Shown: positions 1-13,259 of the stretch, one piece after another
How positions within the stretch are numbered: the stretch's first letter is position 1
Layout of the letters: the number at the start of each line of letters is the position of its first letter
NCBI GenBank assembly: GCA_973895155.1
Contig: OZ316897.1
Coordinates: 18,324,457-18,388,456, forward strand
Source of the DNA: Marsupella aquatica
Lineage: Eukaryota; Plantae; Marchantiophyta
Direction: 5' to 3'
Length of the DNA: 64,000 nucleotides
Notes under the pieces: generated by a model
The model's input: the letters and a program-made list of their open reading frames with translations, nothing else
Database searches by the model: none
Told to the model about the DNA's origin: nothing
Translations under genes and position numbers: made by a program

Positions 1-262
1 ACTCCAAGCAACAAAAAGATAGTACTGTAGAATCCATTGGACTTAGGTGTACGTGCGTAGTTACTCGATGAAAACGTGTGATGCGAACTAATTTCTGAAA
101 ATTGAGTCCGGCGCAGGACGCTGAAATTTGGACTTAGGGAGTCTCTTCGTGCTGGCTTCTGCTGTATCTCAGTCCGAGAAGGGATATCCTCACGGAATTT
201 GTTCAACAAAAAGGGCTGCTGAATCTTCGTTTGATTGCAAGTAGTTCGAAACTGGGTTCAAG

Positions 263-3200
263 ATGGCCGCAAGTAGCAGCGGCTGGGATGAAGCCGTGGC
301 CTATTGGAGCAAAGTCGGAGAATTGGGCATGGAGGCTGCTCTTCGTGGAGCAGGATGTTCGGAACAGAGTATTGTTGAAACGTTGAGTGCGGTCAGAGGC
401 AATGGAGATAGCTTCGAACTGGGAAAGTTGAATAGCCTGACACATCCTGAGTCGGCGAGAGCTGTGGTTCTTGCTACGATCGGTCGCGACATTTCACTTA
501 CCAAGACAGTCGTCTCCAGTAGAGACGTTCGGGCTATGACCGTGAACGAGGCAGCTGCTCTTTGTGTCAACTTGTGTTCCAACACCAGTATCACAGTACT
601 TTCCTTATACGATATGAAAGTGTTTGGTACTGTCAAGGGGTGCGGGCTCTTGGCCCATGCCTTGGCAACCAATTCGTCTTTGCTCCGTCTTTACTTGGTC
701 GACGTTGACATGGGAGGTAATGGTGTGAGATGCCTACTGCATGGGCTAAAGTCAAACAAGACTCTCGCAACACTCGGTCTCGGGAACAACTCCCTGCTGG
801 ATGAAGGAATCTCGTGTGTAGCTGAATCTCTGATCAATAACGCTACAATCAAATGTTTGCTCCCTGCCGACTCTGGTATGTCTCTCGAAGGCGCAAAACC
901 GATGTCCTCGGTCTTGGCGAGCAACTCTACATTAAGGACTTTATTTGTTGGAGACGAAGCTATTGGGAGAGAAGGAATGAAGATGTTACTGTTGAATGAT
1001 GAAGCGAATGCCAACAGCCCGCAGAACACATCTTTGGAATGTTTGCACTTATATAACCCAAATCGGGATTGTGTGGAGTCCGTGACACATATGATCAAAA
1101 CAAACAAGTCCCTGCACACTTTAGGACTTCACCCAACAGGCAACGGCAAGACCTGCTTGGCGTCATTCCTGCCTACAGATTGGAAGGAGACAATTATTCC
1201 CGCCCCCACAGCAAATAGTACCCTCACGAACCTCGACTTGTTGGGATGTAACGGGGTGAGTGGAGAAGGCGTCTATGAGTCTCTGCTGGATCTGCTCCAA
1301 AACAGCGATACCGGATTAGAAAATATCTACGTTGACCAAACTGGTTTGGAATCCAGGCAGGGACAAATCAACGAAGAGCTTAGGATCAACAAGGAGTACC
1401 GATCTCGGCTCAAGGGTCAACCCCAAACGCCAACTACTTCTGGTCGTATCGTATTGTGCGGATATGGTTTTGCAGGTTCGCCGTTAAAACACACTTTTAA
1501 TGATTAGAGTTAAATAGAATTGAAACTTATCTGCTGAATGTGGTGTAACGCTAGGTCTATTGGTTGAATGGCAGGAAAAACAGAAATTTCCAAGACCATG
1601 AAGCGCATAGAGCATGGCACGCCTTACACTCACCCCGTCCAAATGTTTTGGAAGAGACTGATGCAATTGTATCCCTGTCTGCAACAAATCTTGCTTGGAA
1701 GCGATGCGCCCAAAGAACTGACAGCCCGAACAAGAGGATTTCAGGTAGTAGTTCTTGAGAAACAGCCATATTTGAAGTCCATTTGGGACTTCGCTGGGCA
1801 AAAGGAATACTATGCCCTTCATGACTACGTGTTCCCTGATTTCAAGAATTCATATTTTCTGTACGTCTGTAGTTGCCGATGTCTTCCGGATGATGCAGAT
1901 CCAAAAGGCAAAATTAAGGATGAAAGCGCCATTAGAGATGAGTGTGAGTATTGGATGAGATTTCTGGCGTCCAATTCCAAACAAGGCGGACGGAGTCAAT
2001 TGCCTCGAGTGAGATTTGTTCTAACGAAGACAGATACCCTCCACTCCCCAGGGAAATTTGTTCCCAGAGCAAAGCGTGTGGTGCGTGAGCTGAAAAATGT
2101 GTTCAAGGATGTCCTCAATTTGAGTGATGACGTTGAGGTTGTGAATGCTCATTCTGCTGGAGATGTGCAGCGCTTGCTCACTGCATGTAGTAACAACTTA
2201 AAAGACATCTTGGCACAGCAAACAGAATATGTCGTGTGTGAGCAAGTTCGTGATCTCTTGGAGGGCTGGTCCAAGAAAAATCCATTTAAACCTGTTCTAA
2301 GCCTTGAGGAATTTTACAGGTTGTGTAGAGCAGAGCTACAATTTGATCAGCTGTCAGAGGATGGCTGGAGAATTGTCTTAGCTTATTTGAATGATCTAGG
2401 AGAAATTATATTTTCCAAGAAAACTGATTTCATTGTGACCAACCCTAGTTGGTTTGGGATCGATGTTTTGGGTTCTTTGATAAATGCATTCACAGGAGCA
2501 GACCAGCCTCCAAGAGAGGATTCCACGTGCATTAGTGCTTTCTGGGGTCGCCGGGAGTTTTATAAGCTTGACCATCGCCAGGGCTTTGTAGCGAGGCAAG
2601 ACATGAAAGAACATTTGGAGGTGTCGTTGCAGAGCATGGATCTGAAGCAAAGTATCCCACCCGAGAAATTGATAGATTTGATGGTCCACTTGGAAATGTG
2701 CTTTGAAAATACCCAAGAAGATCCAGAAAAAATGGATTCTTCGTTGTTCATGCCAGCCCTTTTCGATGATGAGCAGGAGACTGCTGCAAAGGGCGAACGG
2801 CCACTGCGATGGAAAGTACAACAGGAAGGGCACTTGGAGTATTTTGGCCGTCGCCTTGAATGTCAGAACAGGTCCACCACATTTTTGACGCCTGGATTTT
2901 TCCCGAGGTTGCAGGTAATTCTGGAAGCTATGAACTCATTTCAAACCTTTTGGTCTCTTGAAGATCATATCTTGGCAATCAAACTATCAAGATTGTATGT
3001 TGGCAATTGGACTATGTGTGTGAACCTTGCTGATATTGGTCTGTTTTGTCCTGCATTCAATATATTTGTGATTTGCATTGCTTTTTAAAATAATGGCCTG
3101 ATGCATGTAGGTTCACTTGAGGAATTACATACATGAAGAAGGGTGGACACAGAATCTTGGGTTTGAAGTTGGAAGGAATCTCATAGCCTTTGCAGAAAGT

Positions 3201-4244
3201 GGCATTGAAATATATGTAGAATATGCTGGTGACACAGATGATTTCATTGATATACTAGTCAGATCATCGGAATCGTTCACAAAGACTACTGAATTTGTAC
3301 AAAAACATGTGGTGGAGACAATCCGCACGTTTTGTGCTTCGCCTCAGGGATGCCAAGGAGTGGAGCTTGTTGAATCTGTGATAAGGCCCGTGTGTGTGGA
3401 GTACCTTCACTTGTGCATAGGTAGGAAAGCGCACTCTGTTTTAGTGTCAGACCTGAAACGCAGGTTAACCAAGGACAAGGGCTCCCAACATACGTGGAGC
3501 CAAAGAATAGAAAATGTCAGCGATACTGACCGGGCTCTTGACTTGCTGGAGGGAAAACGTTCATATGAGAAGATTAGTAGCAAAGGTCAAGTGAGTCTGG
3601 CACCCTTGGTTTCGAACTCCACAGCTTCAGTATCAAGCAGTACTGATCAATTACCGAAACTCTTCTATCCGTCCATAGAACACGTGGATCCACTCAGGAG
3701 ATTGGCAACTCGCCTCAACTTGACTAAGGTGATCCCAATCAAGCTTCATCTTCTATGCGACCACAAAGATGGATCGCATAAAGTGGAAGGTCAGCCGGGA
3801 AGGACAGTGAAGTTGAATGCCAGGGCGGGTGGTTATGACATACCTATAGCGAAGCTTGCCGTGTCCCTCCTCTGGGCCGGTGTGAGCATGGTTGGTGCAG
3901 TGCCGAGGGTAGACGACTGGATCCAGAGCTTGTTCACCGCCCCTGAAATGCCCACCCTGGATGGCGAAATGGTGCACGAGATGATGAACCCTGGCCATCC
4001 CCGCGGCCCAGTGTCAGAAGAACAAATCTTGAAGGCGCTGGAGAGGTATTGGGAAGTTGATCCCCACACGCAAGGCCTCAAGGAGATCCTTAAACTGGAT
4101 GACGGCTCAAGCTTTTGGAATGACTTCCAACTGCGCAAAGTAGTCTACACAGAACCAGGCCATGAAAACAGGATCGGCTGGGTGTGTGACAGCCACTTTA
4201 AGAAGGGACTCAATCAGCGAATTTTGCGCTCCTCAACTCATTGA
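263..4244 (+). CDS. TORNADO1-like LRR-Roc-COR (ROCO) protein; exons 263-1475, 1575-2914, 3111-4244 (about 1228 aa)
   Basis: Exon 1 has RNI-type LRRs (e.g. LATNSSLLRLYL, LKSNKTLATLGLGNN). The P-loop CGYGFAG|KT is split by a phase-1 GT-AG intron (1476-1574). Roc G3 motif IWDFAGQKEYYALHD and G4-like VLTKTD are present. TRN1-like FLTPGFFPRLQ|VHL spans a phase-0 intron (2915-3110). The spliced frame is open to TGA at 4242-4244. Confidence 0.88.
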
Positions 4245-4776
4245 AAAAGATGGAGTAGAAGGTCAAAATATTTTTGTTTGACGAGACCAATGGAAAGATT
4301 CATCAGAGTTGTGAATTGTTGAGGCGCGATAAATGCATACATTCATTTACAACAATCAATTGTGTACCCTGCTCCAGCTTTCGACCAGTCGTCTACAGCA
4401 TGTCTATCCTGACATGCTGTAGCAGGTGTGGTGCCCTTGACAGGCCGTTCACCGGACAGCGGTTCTGTGATAAACAGTTCGGCACTTGTGAAGCAGGTAC
4501 TCATGAAGCTCGTCTTTCTTGAAATGTACAGGAAACAACCTACTTTTGTTACCTATCAAATGTCTTCAAGTCTGTCTGCGCGATCCAACCTTATGCAAGT
4601 TGCTCGAATGCTGTAGTGATGCCCAATAAGTCGTAACGATTCCTCCTGCTGACATGGATAGACAACTTTTTTGTTCACATGAACCTCACGATTCATGACT
4701 TGTCACTGCAGTACCTCTCATTTGAAGAATTATTTCCGGGTTTTGGGTTGTCCAGACGGTGAGAAGATGTCCTTAT
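4205..4776. repeat. End of ROCO CDS plus about 530 bp of 3' flank, duplicated at about 14980-15563
   Basis: Shared blocks such as TACTCATGAAGCTCGTCTTTCTTGAAATGTA, GATGCCCAATAAGTCG and GAGAAGATGTCCTTATG occur in both regions in the same order. Confidence 0.85.
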
Positions 4777-7700
4777 GCTGCCAAATCCAGAATCAAAGAA
4801 CGATGAACAACAACAGCTAAGAACGAACAAAAGAGAAAGACGTAGCTTTAACAATTCCAAGCACTGGCCAGAAACTCGAGAAGTAGCCTGTAGCCTTGCC
4901 TTCCATCTAGTAGAGGTATCTCTTGACTTCGATTGACTAGCGATTCTAAAAAGTGAAGCATGGGGATGAAAGCTCTTGTGCTGAACTTGGTTGTGGGGAT
5001 TAGTTCTTAGTAGGCTAGAGCCGAGAAAATGACTTTTCTAGAAAACTCTGACCGAGGTGAGTTAAATTCTTTTGTTTGAATATTGAGCAGACGGTAGCTG
5101 GAGAAGTTACAGACAGTGTACACCCTTTTCTTCTACATTTTAATCGCATGTTACACACGCAGGCCAGGTAAGTGGTTGTCAACTTCAGGAGAATGTTAAG
5201 GCATATTTGTCATTTCTATTACCCCTTGCCATCTTGTTATAGTTCATTGGTTACAGCGTTGAAACTCTTTCTGTCTCAACAATCTTGAGAACTCGAATTC
5301 TGTGATATTCAGATGCCGTTAAATCATGGATCGGGTGAGGAGTTTGCATAAAGATATTCACGAACAATCTGAGACTATCTAGTCTAGTATCTCATTACTA
5401 TCACGGGTTTGGAATTCTTGTTGGAAACGGGCAAAATATTTTCTAATTTGATTTCTGATCTTTGTTCTAACCTCATGTCCATTCACTTGTTTGGATGGCA
5501 ATGATTTCTCTTAGGGAAAATCTGGAAGGGTACGCCACACGAGTGACGTACACAGCTATGGTTTTCAACGTTGTAGCAGAGAAGTCCGTAATGGGCATCT
5601 ACCTTTCCTTTCCCATAAGAAGTATGAAGTTTCGCGTGTCCCGATTGTGATACCTGAGGAATGGGTAAAGGTCTTGCTAGCTTTGTCTTGATTGCTCTTC
5701 GCTTCATTCTTGGAGCATCTTAAACAACCGAAGTCATCCAGTAAGTTATAGGAGTGTTGAGCATGAAGTCTCAAGAAAATTCAATGTGCCCAGTCGCCAG
5801 CATCCTCATCTCAAGTAGTAAAAAGATGTTTGATTAGATGGACCTGCTTCCGACAGTTCATTTTGGAGTTCGTACTTTATCTTGGTGTAGTACAGATATT
5901 GGAATGTGTCAAACTGAATTGTCTTCCTTAATTCTGACATACGATTGGAAGCGATCGACCTGTTGATGATCGTATAGATATACGTAGACAGACTAGTCAG
6001 CATTTGCATTAGCTGTAGTTTTTCAGCGACACGTAGTTAGCTGTCGATGTTTCTCTCTTTCTATTCCACTTGGTTGCCAGGTCCGCGCCCTGGACGCGCT
6101 CCACCCCACTTGGGCTGCGCCCCTGTCTGCTGCCCGCGGATGATTGTTCCTTCGTGTTATATGTCCCTGCCCTTGCAGTGATTGTATTATCAGGCATACC
6201 GTGAGAAGCAGATCTGACACTGCGTTCATATATTCCATCTCTTGTATATTCTCTCGTGTACATGCATCTGCAAGTCGTTATGTGTTTTTAGATTCACAGA
6301 ATGGCTGGAAATATGCACACAATATCCAACGTATCAACCTTGTAACAATGGTTACTGTCTAGGGATTGATATTCATCTTGAAGCTATACGGAGTTAATTA
6401 TGCCAAGCTGACAGACTGTCATTGTGACAGATGCAAAATTGGTGGAAAAGCGAAAGGCTTGGGAGTGTTGGTTGGTCCTAGTCCAGGAGGGGTATTTGAA
6501 CTTGAATTCATGTGGAACGCGGTGGACACAGGACTCATATTTCTGATCCCATTGTATCACGGAGGCGAGATGTAACCCAACTTGCGCGTGATGTAAATGA
6601 AGGTATTGTGTATGGCTATCCCGGCCGAAACAATGTTACCAAATGTGGTCCTCTTTACATGAATTCTTCAGGATGGAAACATCTTTGAGATATTATTCTC
6701 ATCTACTTTACCCAACATGTTGTCCGTGTTGATTCTATTTTCAGATGTCTGAATGTTGAAGTGCGAGTGAAACTCCCTTGTGTACTTCCACGAATATATT
6801 CCGGAGTTTAGGGCACAGTAACATTCTTCTGAAGTGAAGAACGAGTTCAGATCAGTTTCACAGATTCTATCCTAAAAACGTGTGGTGCTGTGTGCCGTGA
6901 GTTGCCCAGCTTCTTTCCGGGGTTGTGTCCTGGGATCTTTTGAATAGACGATTGACTGTGAAGGGACATGTCCTCAAGTTAAAAGTATTCCTGAAGCTAA
7001 CACCTATTTTTAAAACTGCAATCCGAATGGATAATTGCTAGGAATATCGAGCAGACGGTAGCTGAAGAAATTGTAGTGTCTAGAACAATCTTTACAGGAC
7101 AAGATGCTACTGCAATGGTCCCTTTTGGGTCGGTTCCAGTCAGAAAACTAAATCACTCTCGAGTTGTGTTGTGGTTTTCAAATACATGATTGAGGATCAA
7201 GGTACATGTCCTCTGTCCATTGTAGTTTGTTTGGCCCTTTCTAGTAAATTTGTCTTTTCCCGCTGAAAAAAAACCGCAAGGTAATCAAGCATTGAGATTA
7301 GAAAGCTGCCATTATCCAATAGAGTCGAGTTTGTTGATAGTGAAATACTGTACGTGACCTGTCTTGACAAGGGTGGCTTGTTTCAGTACCCTGTAAGACT
7401 TATCAAGGGTGATTTTCATTACGGACCCCCATTAGGGGTCTCTTGCAAATTCTCTGCCATGAGGTTACGCCACATCATCAGAACTAGCCACAAACAGGAA
7501 TGATCCTACTTTTAATAATAACAAACATGCACATTCTTGTTTGTGGCAAAAACAACGTAATTTTTGGGGCACCATGCCGTAAATATTAAACGTAAAAAAA
7601 ACCAAAATACAAAGGAAGAGATGTCTTTTAGTAAAACAAAGTTACCATTTTGATGTTTGTCAAAGATATATCAGTGTTTTATATCAAAATGTTTGTATTT

Positions 7701-7789
7701 TTTAATTGTTTGTAAGTTTGAAAAAATCAATTGATAAAAATGTACATAATTAAAACCCATTTGGCTTCACATTGTAAAACTAAATAATA

Positions 7790-8290
7790 AATCTCCATAG
7801 TAATTGATAAAATTTGCCAATGTTTAATTCATTGGAAAATTCAAGATCAAGATTTAGAAACTCGTGATCTCTTTAGTAATGTCTTGATAAAATTTCTCAA
7901 TGTCACTCATTGGAAAGCTAGAGTAAAATTAAAAACTCATCATCTCTTTAGTACTTGACAAAATCTATCAATGTTAGGTTCATTGGAAAGCTAGAGAAAT
8001 TTAGATACTCATGATCTCTCTATTTCTTGACAAATAATCTCAATGTCACACATTAGAAAGTTAAAAAGATTGAACACCTCTTGATCTCTTGAGTACCGTG
8101 ACAAAATCTGACATAAAATTTGTAAATGTCAGACTCAATGTTAGAAAGCTAAAAGAATTCATGAACTCATAATCAAAAAAAATTATACTAACAATCATTG
8201 GAAAGGCAAAGATATTCAAAAACTCATATGAAACTTGACAAAATTTATCAATTTCAGGCTCATTGGAAACTTTTTCTCGATTAAGAAATA
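7790..8290. repeat. Degenerate AT-rich tandem repeat, about 65-70 bp unit, roughly 7 copies
   Basis: Recurrent ACTC(A/G)TGATCTC, TTGA(C/T)AAAAT, CAATGT and CATTGGAAAG motifs at regular spacing. Confidence 0.7.
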
Positions 8291-8882
8291 TCACAATCTC
8301 GTCACCGTCACAAACTTAGCCGCTACAAATTGATTTCTTTGATTACGTCACCATCGCTTGTCCACAATGCTTGCTTCCCGGCTTGAATTGTTCGCATTTC
8401 TTAGATAGTCTTCAACTAAAGCTCACTCTAAACACAGGTTGACGCCAAATGCAGCCTCTATGTCAAAGAAACAATTGTTGGTCTTCCCCTCACACCATAA
8501 ATTTCTTAAATAAAAACAACTACAAATCCTTTGTTTGAAGTGACGGCTCATTTGTTTTGTGTGTTCTTCCCAACAAATTGACAAGCGCTCTTTTGCCAAC
8601 AGCTGAATGTTGTGCTCTAGTCTGTCTTGTGGCGGTAATGCTCAATGTAACTCAGAAACAATCAATCAAGAATGGTTGAAAGATGATTTCTCCAATGTGT
8701 AAGCAAAACCTATAAGAAAGCTCAATTCCTCCACATTCAACCTTCCGTTTGATAGATCTCTATCTTTTGAGCATTTGTTTTTGTACGAGCACACACCAAC
8801 ACTATCGGGAGACTCAAAACCGTTGGTTACCGCCTTGATGAAAATTGATTTCACTTAATCACACAAACATTCCTTGGATGAA

Positions 8883-9263
8883 CATGGGGGTCCACGGATT
8901 AATTGTTTACTCCTGCCCTTTCGGTGATCTGAGGTCCTAAAAGAGGATTTTCTGAACCAATTTAATGGTCTGGAGTGGTTCCCACGCTAAACACTTGTCT
9001 GCGTGGGGACCATGGGCAGCCTTCGGCGGGATCGGATTTTATAGAGTAAATTTAGACCGTTGAATGCAATCTGACAGTTTGCACACGGCAAGAATCCCAG
9101 GTCAAAATTAGGTGTTCAAATGATGGTAAACGTGCTTGAGTTTTTCTCCCACATTTACTATACCCTACCATTTAAGATAATCGGTGAAAAAGCCTCCATG
9201 AACCTCGATGTTTGCAAAAATCTTCCATCCCGCTGACAGACACAACTCTCGTGGACCCCCATG
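8883..9263. mobile_element. 381-bp MITE-like element with perfect 14-bp terminal inverted repeats
   Basis: CATGGGGGTCCACG at 8883-8896 and CGTGGACCCCCATG at 9250-9263. Internal hairpin TGGTTCCCACGC...GCGTGGGGACCA. No coding capacity; TSD unclear. Confidence 0.55.
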
Positions 9264-9559
9264 AAACATCACGCTTTATTCACCTGACTGAAAACTAGCA
9301 AATGGAGTGAACCCTGCTCCTTGGAATCAACGCCACCCCATGCTTGGTCTCGATTTCCTAGCTATCTTCTTGGCTACATCACCCTCTATCCTGTCAAAAT
9401 GTAAATGGATTTTCGGTGAGGTAAGCAGCGGGATAATGCTTGCATCATCTGAGCCTCGAATAGCTTTTATCATCAAGAATGAGCAGCAAAATTTGATTGC
9501 AGACATTCATTACCAGGTCTCGTTCATTTCATCATTCTTCCCAACAATTGATACGCCCG

Positions 9560-10400
9560 ATTGTTCTACTGGTGAACTCATCCGGATTTTAGGGACTTTG
9601 ATTGATCAAATTCACATAGCAGCAGCAAGTCTGCGAACAGACCGTAAGCGCAATTATGACATTCCGCCCTAGCTATTAGCACGACCTCGTTAGAGACCAG
9701 GTCTTCCCTGAAATCGTCCACATGACATCCCTGATGTCTGATAAGGACACTTGTTTGGTAACACCGAGACAGATTTAACAAACAATTGATGACATCTCTG
9801 ATATCTGATGAGGGATACTTGTTTTGTAACACCGGGACAGATTTAACAAACAATTGCCGTGCCATCCTCAGCGGCTTAGGATTCCAACTTGATGAATGTC
9901 AAAGTTCAGCAAATGACAAAGATGTTTTTCCAAAATAATTCATGTCCTAACGTCAAAAGAAGCCGGCGTTCTAATTCAGGAGATACGTTGTCAATGCTGT
10001 AGGTACCCAACCTCGCTAGTCACCTTCTTTCTATACACAAGATCTAGCCAATTAGGAAAGGCCTTCTCTTCATGCTGTACAAATTTGCCAAGTGCTGTAA
10101 AACGTCTATTGGGTTGTAAACATACATCGAACTCCTTGCACTCGAATCCTTTCTACTCTGTTTTAGGGATCTGATTCTGAAGGTGACCTGGTCTCCACTG
10201 TTCGCATGCTGAACTTTCCGATGTAGTAGTGCCCGTCAATCAAGAACACAGTAACAACCTTAGCAAATTATCTGGAAGTGCTGTGATGCTTACCGTATAG
10301 TTGCGCTCTGTTTTTCTACAATTGTCATCCGGCGATGGAACTGAAGTTACTTGATTTCTTCCGCCTGTCTTCAGTATACAGAGAGCGTAGCACATGATAT
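9560..10400 (-). pseudogene. Highly decayed LRR-protein remnant
   Basis: Minus-strand fragments SITALPDNL, KAFPNWLDL, LLNLSRCYKTSIPHQI and LLNLSRCYQ. The last two correspond to a roughly 68-bp tandem duplication at 9722-9857, about one LRR long. Many stops and frameshifts. Confidence 0.35.
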
Positions 10401-10646
10401 TAAGGCGAAAGACAATGTTTAAAAGATAGTCACATGCACTAGGGCGTGCAATCAATGTAGTAGTAATTCTACAAGGAAATCAAATTGTCCTTTTCACTCT
10501 TATGACAGGGATTGTTTATCTCCTCGTTAACCAATGGTGACCTTTACATTCGACAAGTGAAATATTCTTGAAAGCGGGAGGTATCGCAGGTACAGCAACG
10601 AAAGCCAACACTTCAGAAACGGGAATTCAAAATGTAGGTGTCCTGA

Positions 10647-12982
10647 TTGGGCAGGACCATGATTCACGCCGTGGGTAACGATTCCGTGTACCGCATCTTA
10701 CAATGGCCCAATTCTGGTACTCACATCTTACACCACAATTGCAAGGTCAATTGGCGTGCTCCTCGACGTCGTTCCAGAATGCCTCAGCAGGAGGACGAGA
10801 GGGGAACCAGACAACGTGGGGCCAAGCAAGAGCAGAGGCGATTGCAACTGGACAGCTACCGCTCTCGATACACTCGAGCACTCGCAGCCGAGTTGACAGA
10901 AGAGATGGCCTCCATGAAAGAGAGAATTAAGACGTGGTCAAAGAAGCGGCTCCAGGACGAGGGCTTGGCGCTCTTCGATCTGTCTGTACGTCTAGATGGA
11001 CAGCTATATAAAGACACAGTGCTTCAGTTCTACAACTCCCAAGGAAACGGTTTCTTGCCCACGTATCACGAGTTCTCCCACGGAGATGTGGTTGCCATCA
11101 GCAGGAGGAATCCTCTCGAAGGTGACGATTTTACAGTGGAAGGGGTCGTCATGGAGAGGGCCCGGAGGTTTTTGAGAGTGGTGGTGCCGTCCAGGCAAGC
11201 TGGAGAGGTAGATCAGAGATTGAAGTGGCGTTTGGATTTACCAGCAAACCGTGTGGCCTATGAGCGATGCCTATGGGCTGTCAATGCCTTCTCTTCACCC
11301 AAGATACGTCCAGGATCTGTGCAACAACAGCCCAGCACGAATAATAACTCGTCGAAGAGCCCACCAAGCTATCAAATTCTGGCAATTCACCGGAGAGTTT
11401 CCCAGAATGGGAGAAGGGGTCATGTCATTTAGGGAAACGCTTATGGAAGCAGAATCTTCACATGTCAGGCTAGATTCAACTGCGGACGACAGAACTTTCT
11501 CAGAGGGTGATAAGACAAATGATCTGCCATTCATTTCAGCTGCTAGACAGGAGGCTCTCAAAATAATGACCACTCTCTCAAAAGTGGGTAGCAAAAATCT
11601 TGGAGCATGTAGGAGCTTCATTGCTACCATTTTACAGGACCTGGAGACGGACATTAACAGAAGCCAAAAGGCTGCCATTCAGAAAGCAATGTGTGGCAGG
11701 AGGACGCTCTGGCAAGGACCTCCAGGGACAGGGAAGACTCGAACAGGTGCAAACATGGGCAGGGCAAAGTTCTCGCATGAGCAGACAGTAACGTTGCAGT
11801 GGACAATCTGGTGGAGGGGTTGCTGGAGCAAGGATTAAGGGAGGTGAGACTTGGTCAACCTGTGAAGGTGAAAGAGGAGTTGAGAAATTCAACAATTGCT
11901 GCTCAAGTAAGTGCCCATCCTCTTATGAAAAAGGTGAAAGAGTACCGAGACGAGGCTATGTTGAGAAGAAGAGCAGCTAGACAAATTAACAATGAGAAGA
12001 GAAGGAAACCTGGTGCAATCGAGTCAACTGGGTTGTGGGACAAGGCTTCTGATCTTGAGCAAGACGCTTTCAAGGCAGTTTTGGATGGGGCTGACGTTAT
12101 TGTTGCTACTTGTGTTGGTGCTGGAGTCCCGGTTCTTGAGATAGGCATTTTCGGGCGTGTGTCATTGATGAAGCTACGCAAGCAACAGAACCTGCTACCC
12201 TCATCCCCATACTGAGAAGTGGTGCAGATACTGTTGTGTTGGTTGGTAATCCTGCTCAACTTCCGCCCATTGTAATCTCTAGAGATGCATTATACGCGGG
12301 TCTATCTACAAGCCTGTTTGAGCGTCTACGGGACTGTGGATTGGAGCCTCTGCTTCTCGATAGTACAGGATGCACCCTTTTCTTTGCATCCTGGCCATCA
12401 CAAATGTTTTATGGGAATCGATTGTTATCTATTGTCAAACCTTCTGAGTGGCCCATACCAAAAGGTCTGGAATGTCCCAACAAAGCAAAACCTCTTGTCT
12501 TCATCGACTGTGCAAATGGAATGGAGCAGACAACTACCTTTGGCAATTCCTATTTCAATCGAAGAGAGGCTCCACAGGTGGTGCAAGCTGTCGATTTTCT
12601 CATCAAAGAAGGCGATCTGAGCTGCATTGATGTTGGCGTAATTTCACCATATAGTGCACAGATCAGATTATTACAGGATTTGTTTTTGGAGGGAGAGACT
12701 GCAGATAAAGGAAGGTTTGCAGACTTGGAAGTGAAAACTGTTGATGGTTTCCAAGGACGGGAGAAGGAAGTTATTGTCATCTCCACAGTTCGGAGCAATT
12801 CGGAAGGTCGGCTGGGATTTGTAACAGACCCACGAAGAATGAATGTAGCTCTAACTCGAGCTAAGAGAGGATTGCTGATAGTTGGTGATTCAAAAACGCT
12901 CCAGTCAGGCTATTACTGGGGCCTGTGGCTTCAAGTGATAAGGAAGGAAAAATTACTTCTTGAACAGACTGTTCGGCTTTGA
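10647..12982 (+). pseudogene. Intronless SF1B helicase pseudogene (UPF1/IGHMBP2/DNA2-NAM7 family)
   Basis: Motifs in order: RLDLPANRVAYER, INRSQKAAI, QGPPGTGKT (Walker A), SNVAVDNL, VIVATCVGAG, VIDEATQATEP (Walker B), VGNPAQLPP, SLFERL, YRMHP, TVDGFQGREKE, RRMNVALTRAK. Disrupted by frameshifts near 11340, 11750, 12155 and 12362-12385 and an in-frame TGA at 11778-11780. Confidence 0.85.
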
Positions 12983-13259
12983 CTTAATCCCGAATCCATG
13001 TCCATCATCAAGCTTTGTACTGTAAAGGCAACTAACAGGAAGCCTCGACCTTTTTCATACCGAGAGCCATGAATCGATCAGAATTAATAGAATAGTTTGG
13101 ACATCTCGTGGAAACTAGAGATCCAGATCTTGCTCTCTGGTCAGTCTCTCATACAGGTTCTGATCTGTGATTCTTGATTGTTGGCAATCATCGATTGTTG
13201 GCCTTCAGAGTATCCTTGTTCTGTTTCTTCTCATCTATGGATTTGGAAGTATCCATCTT

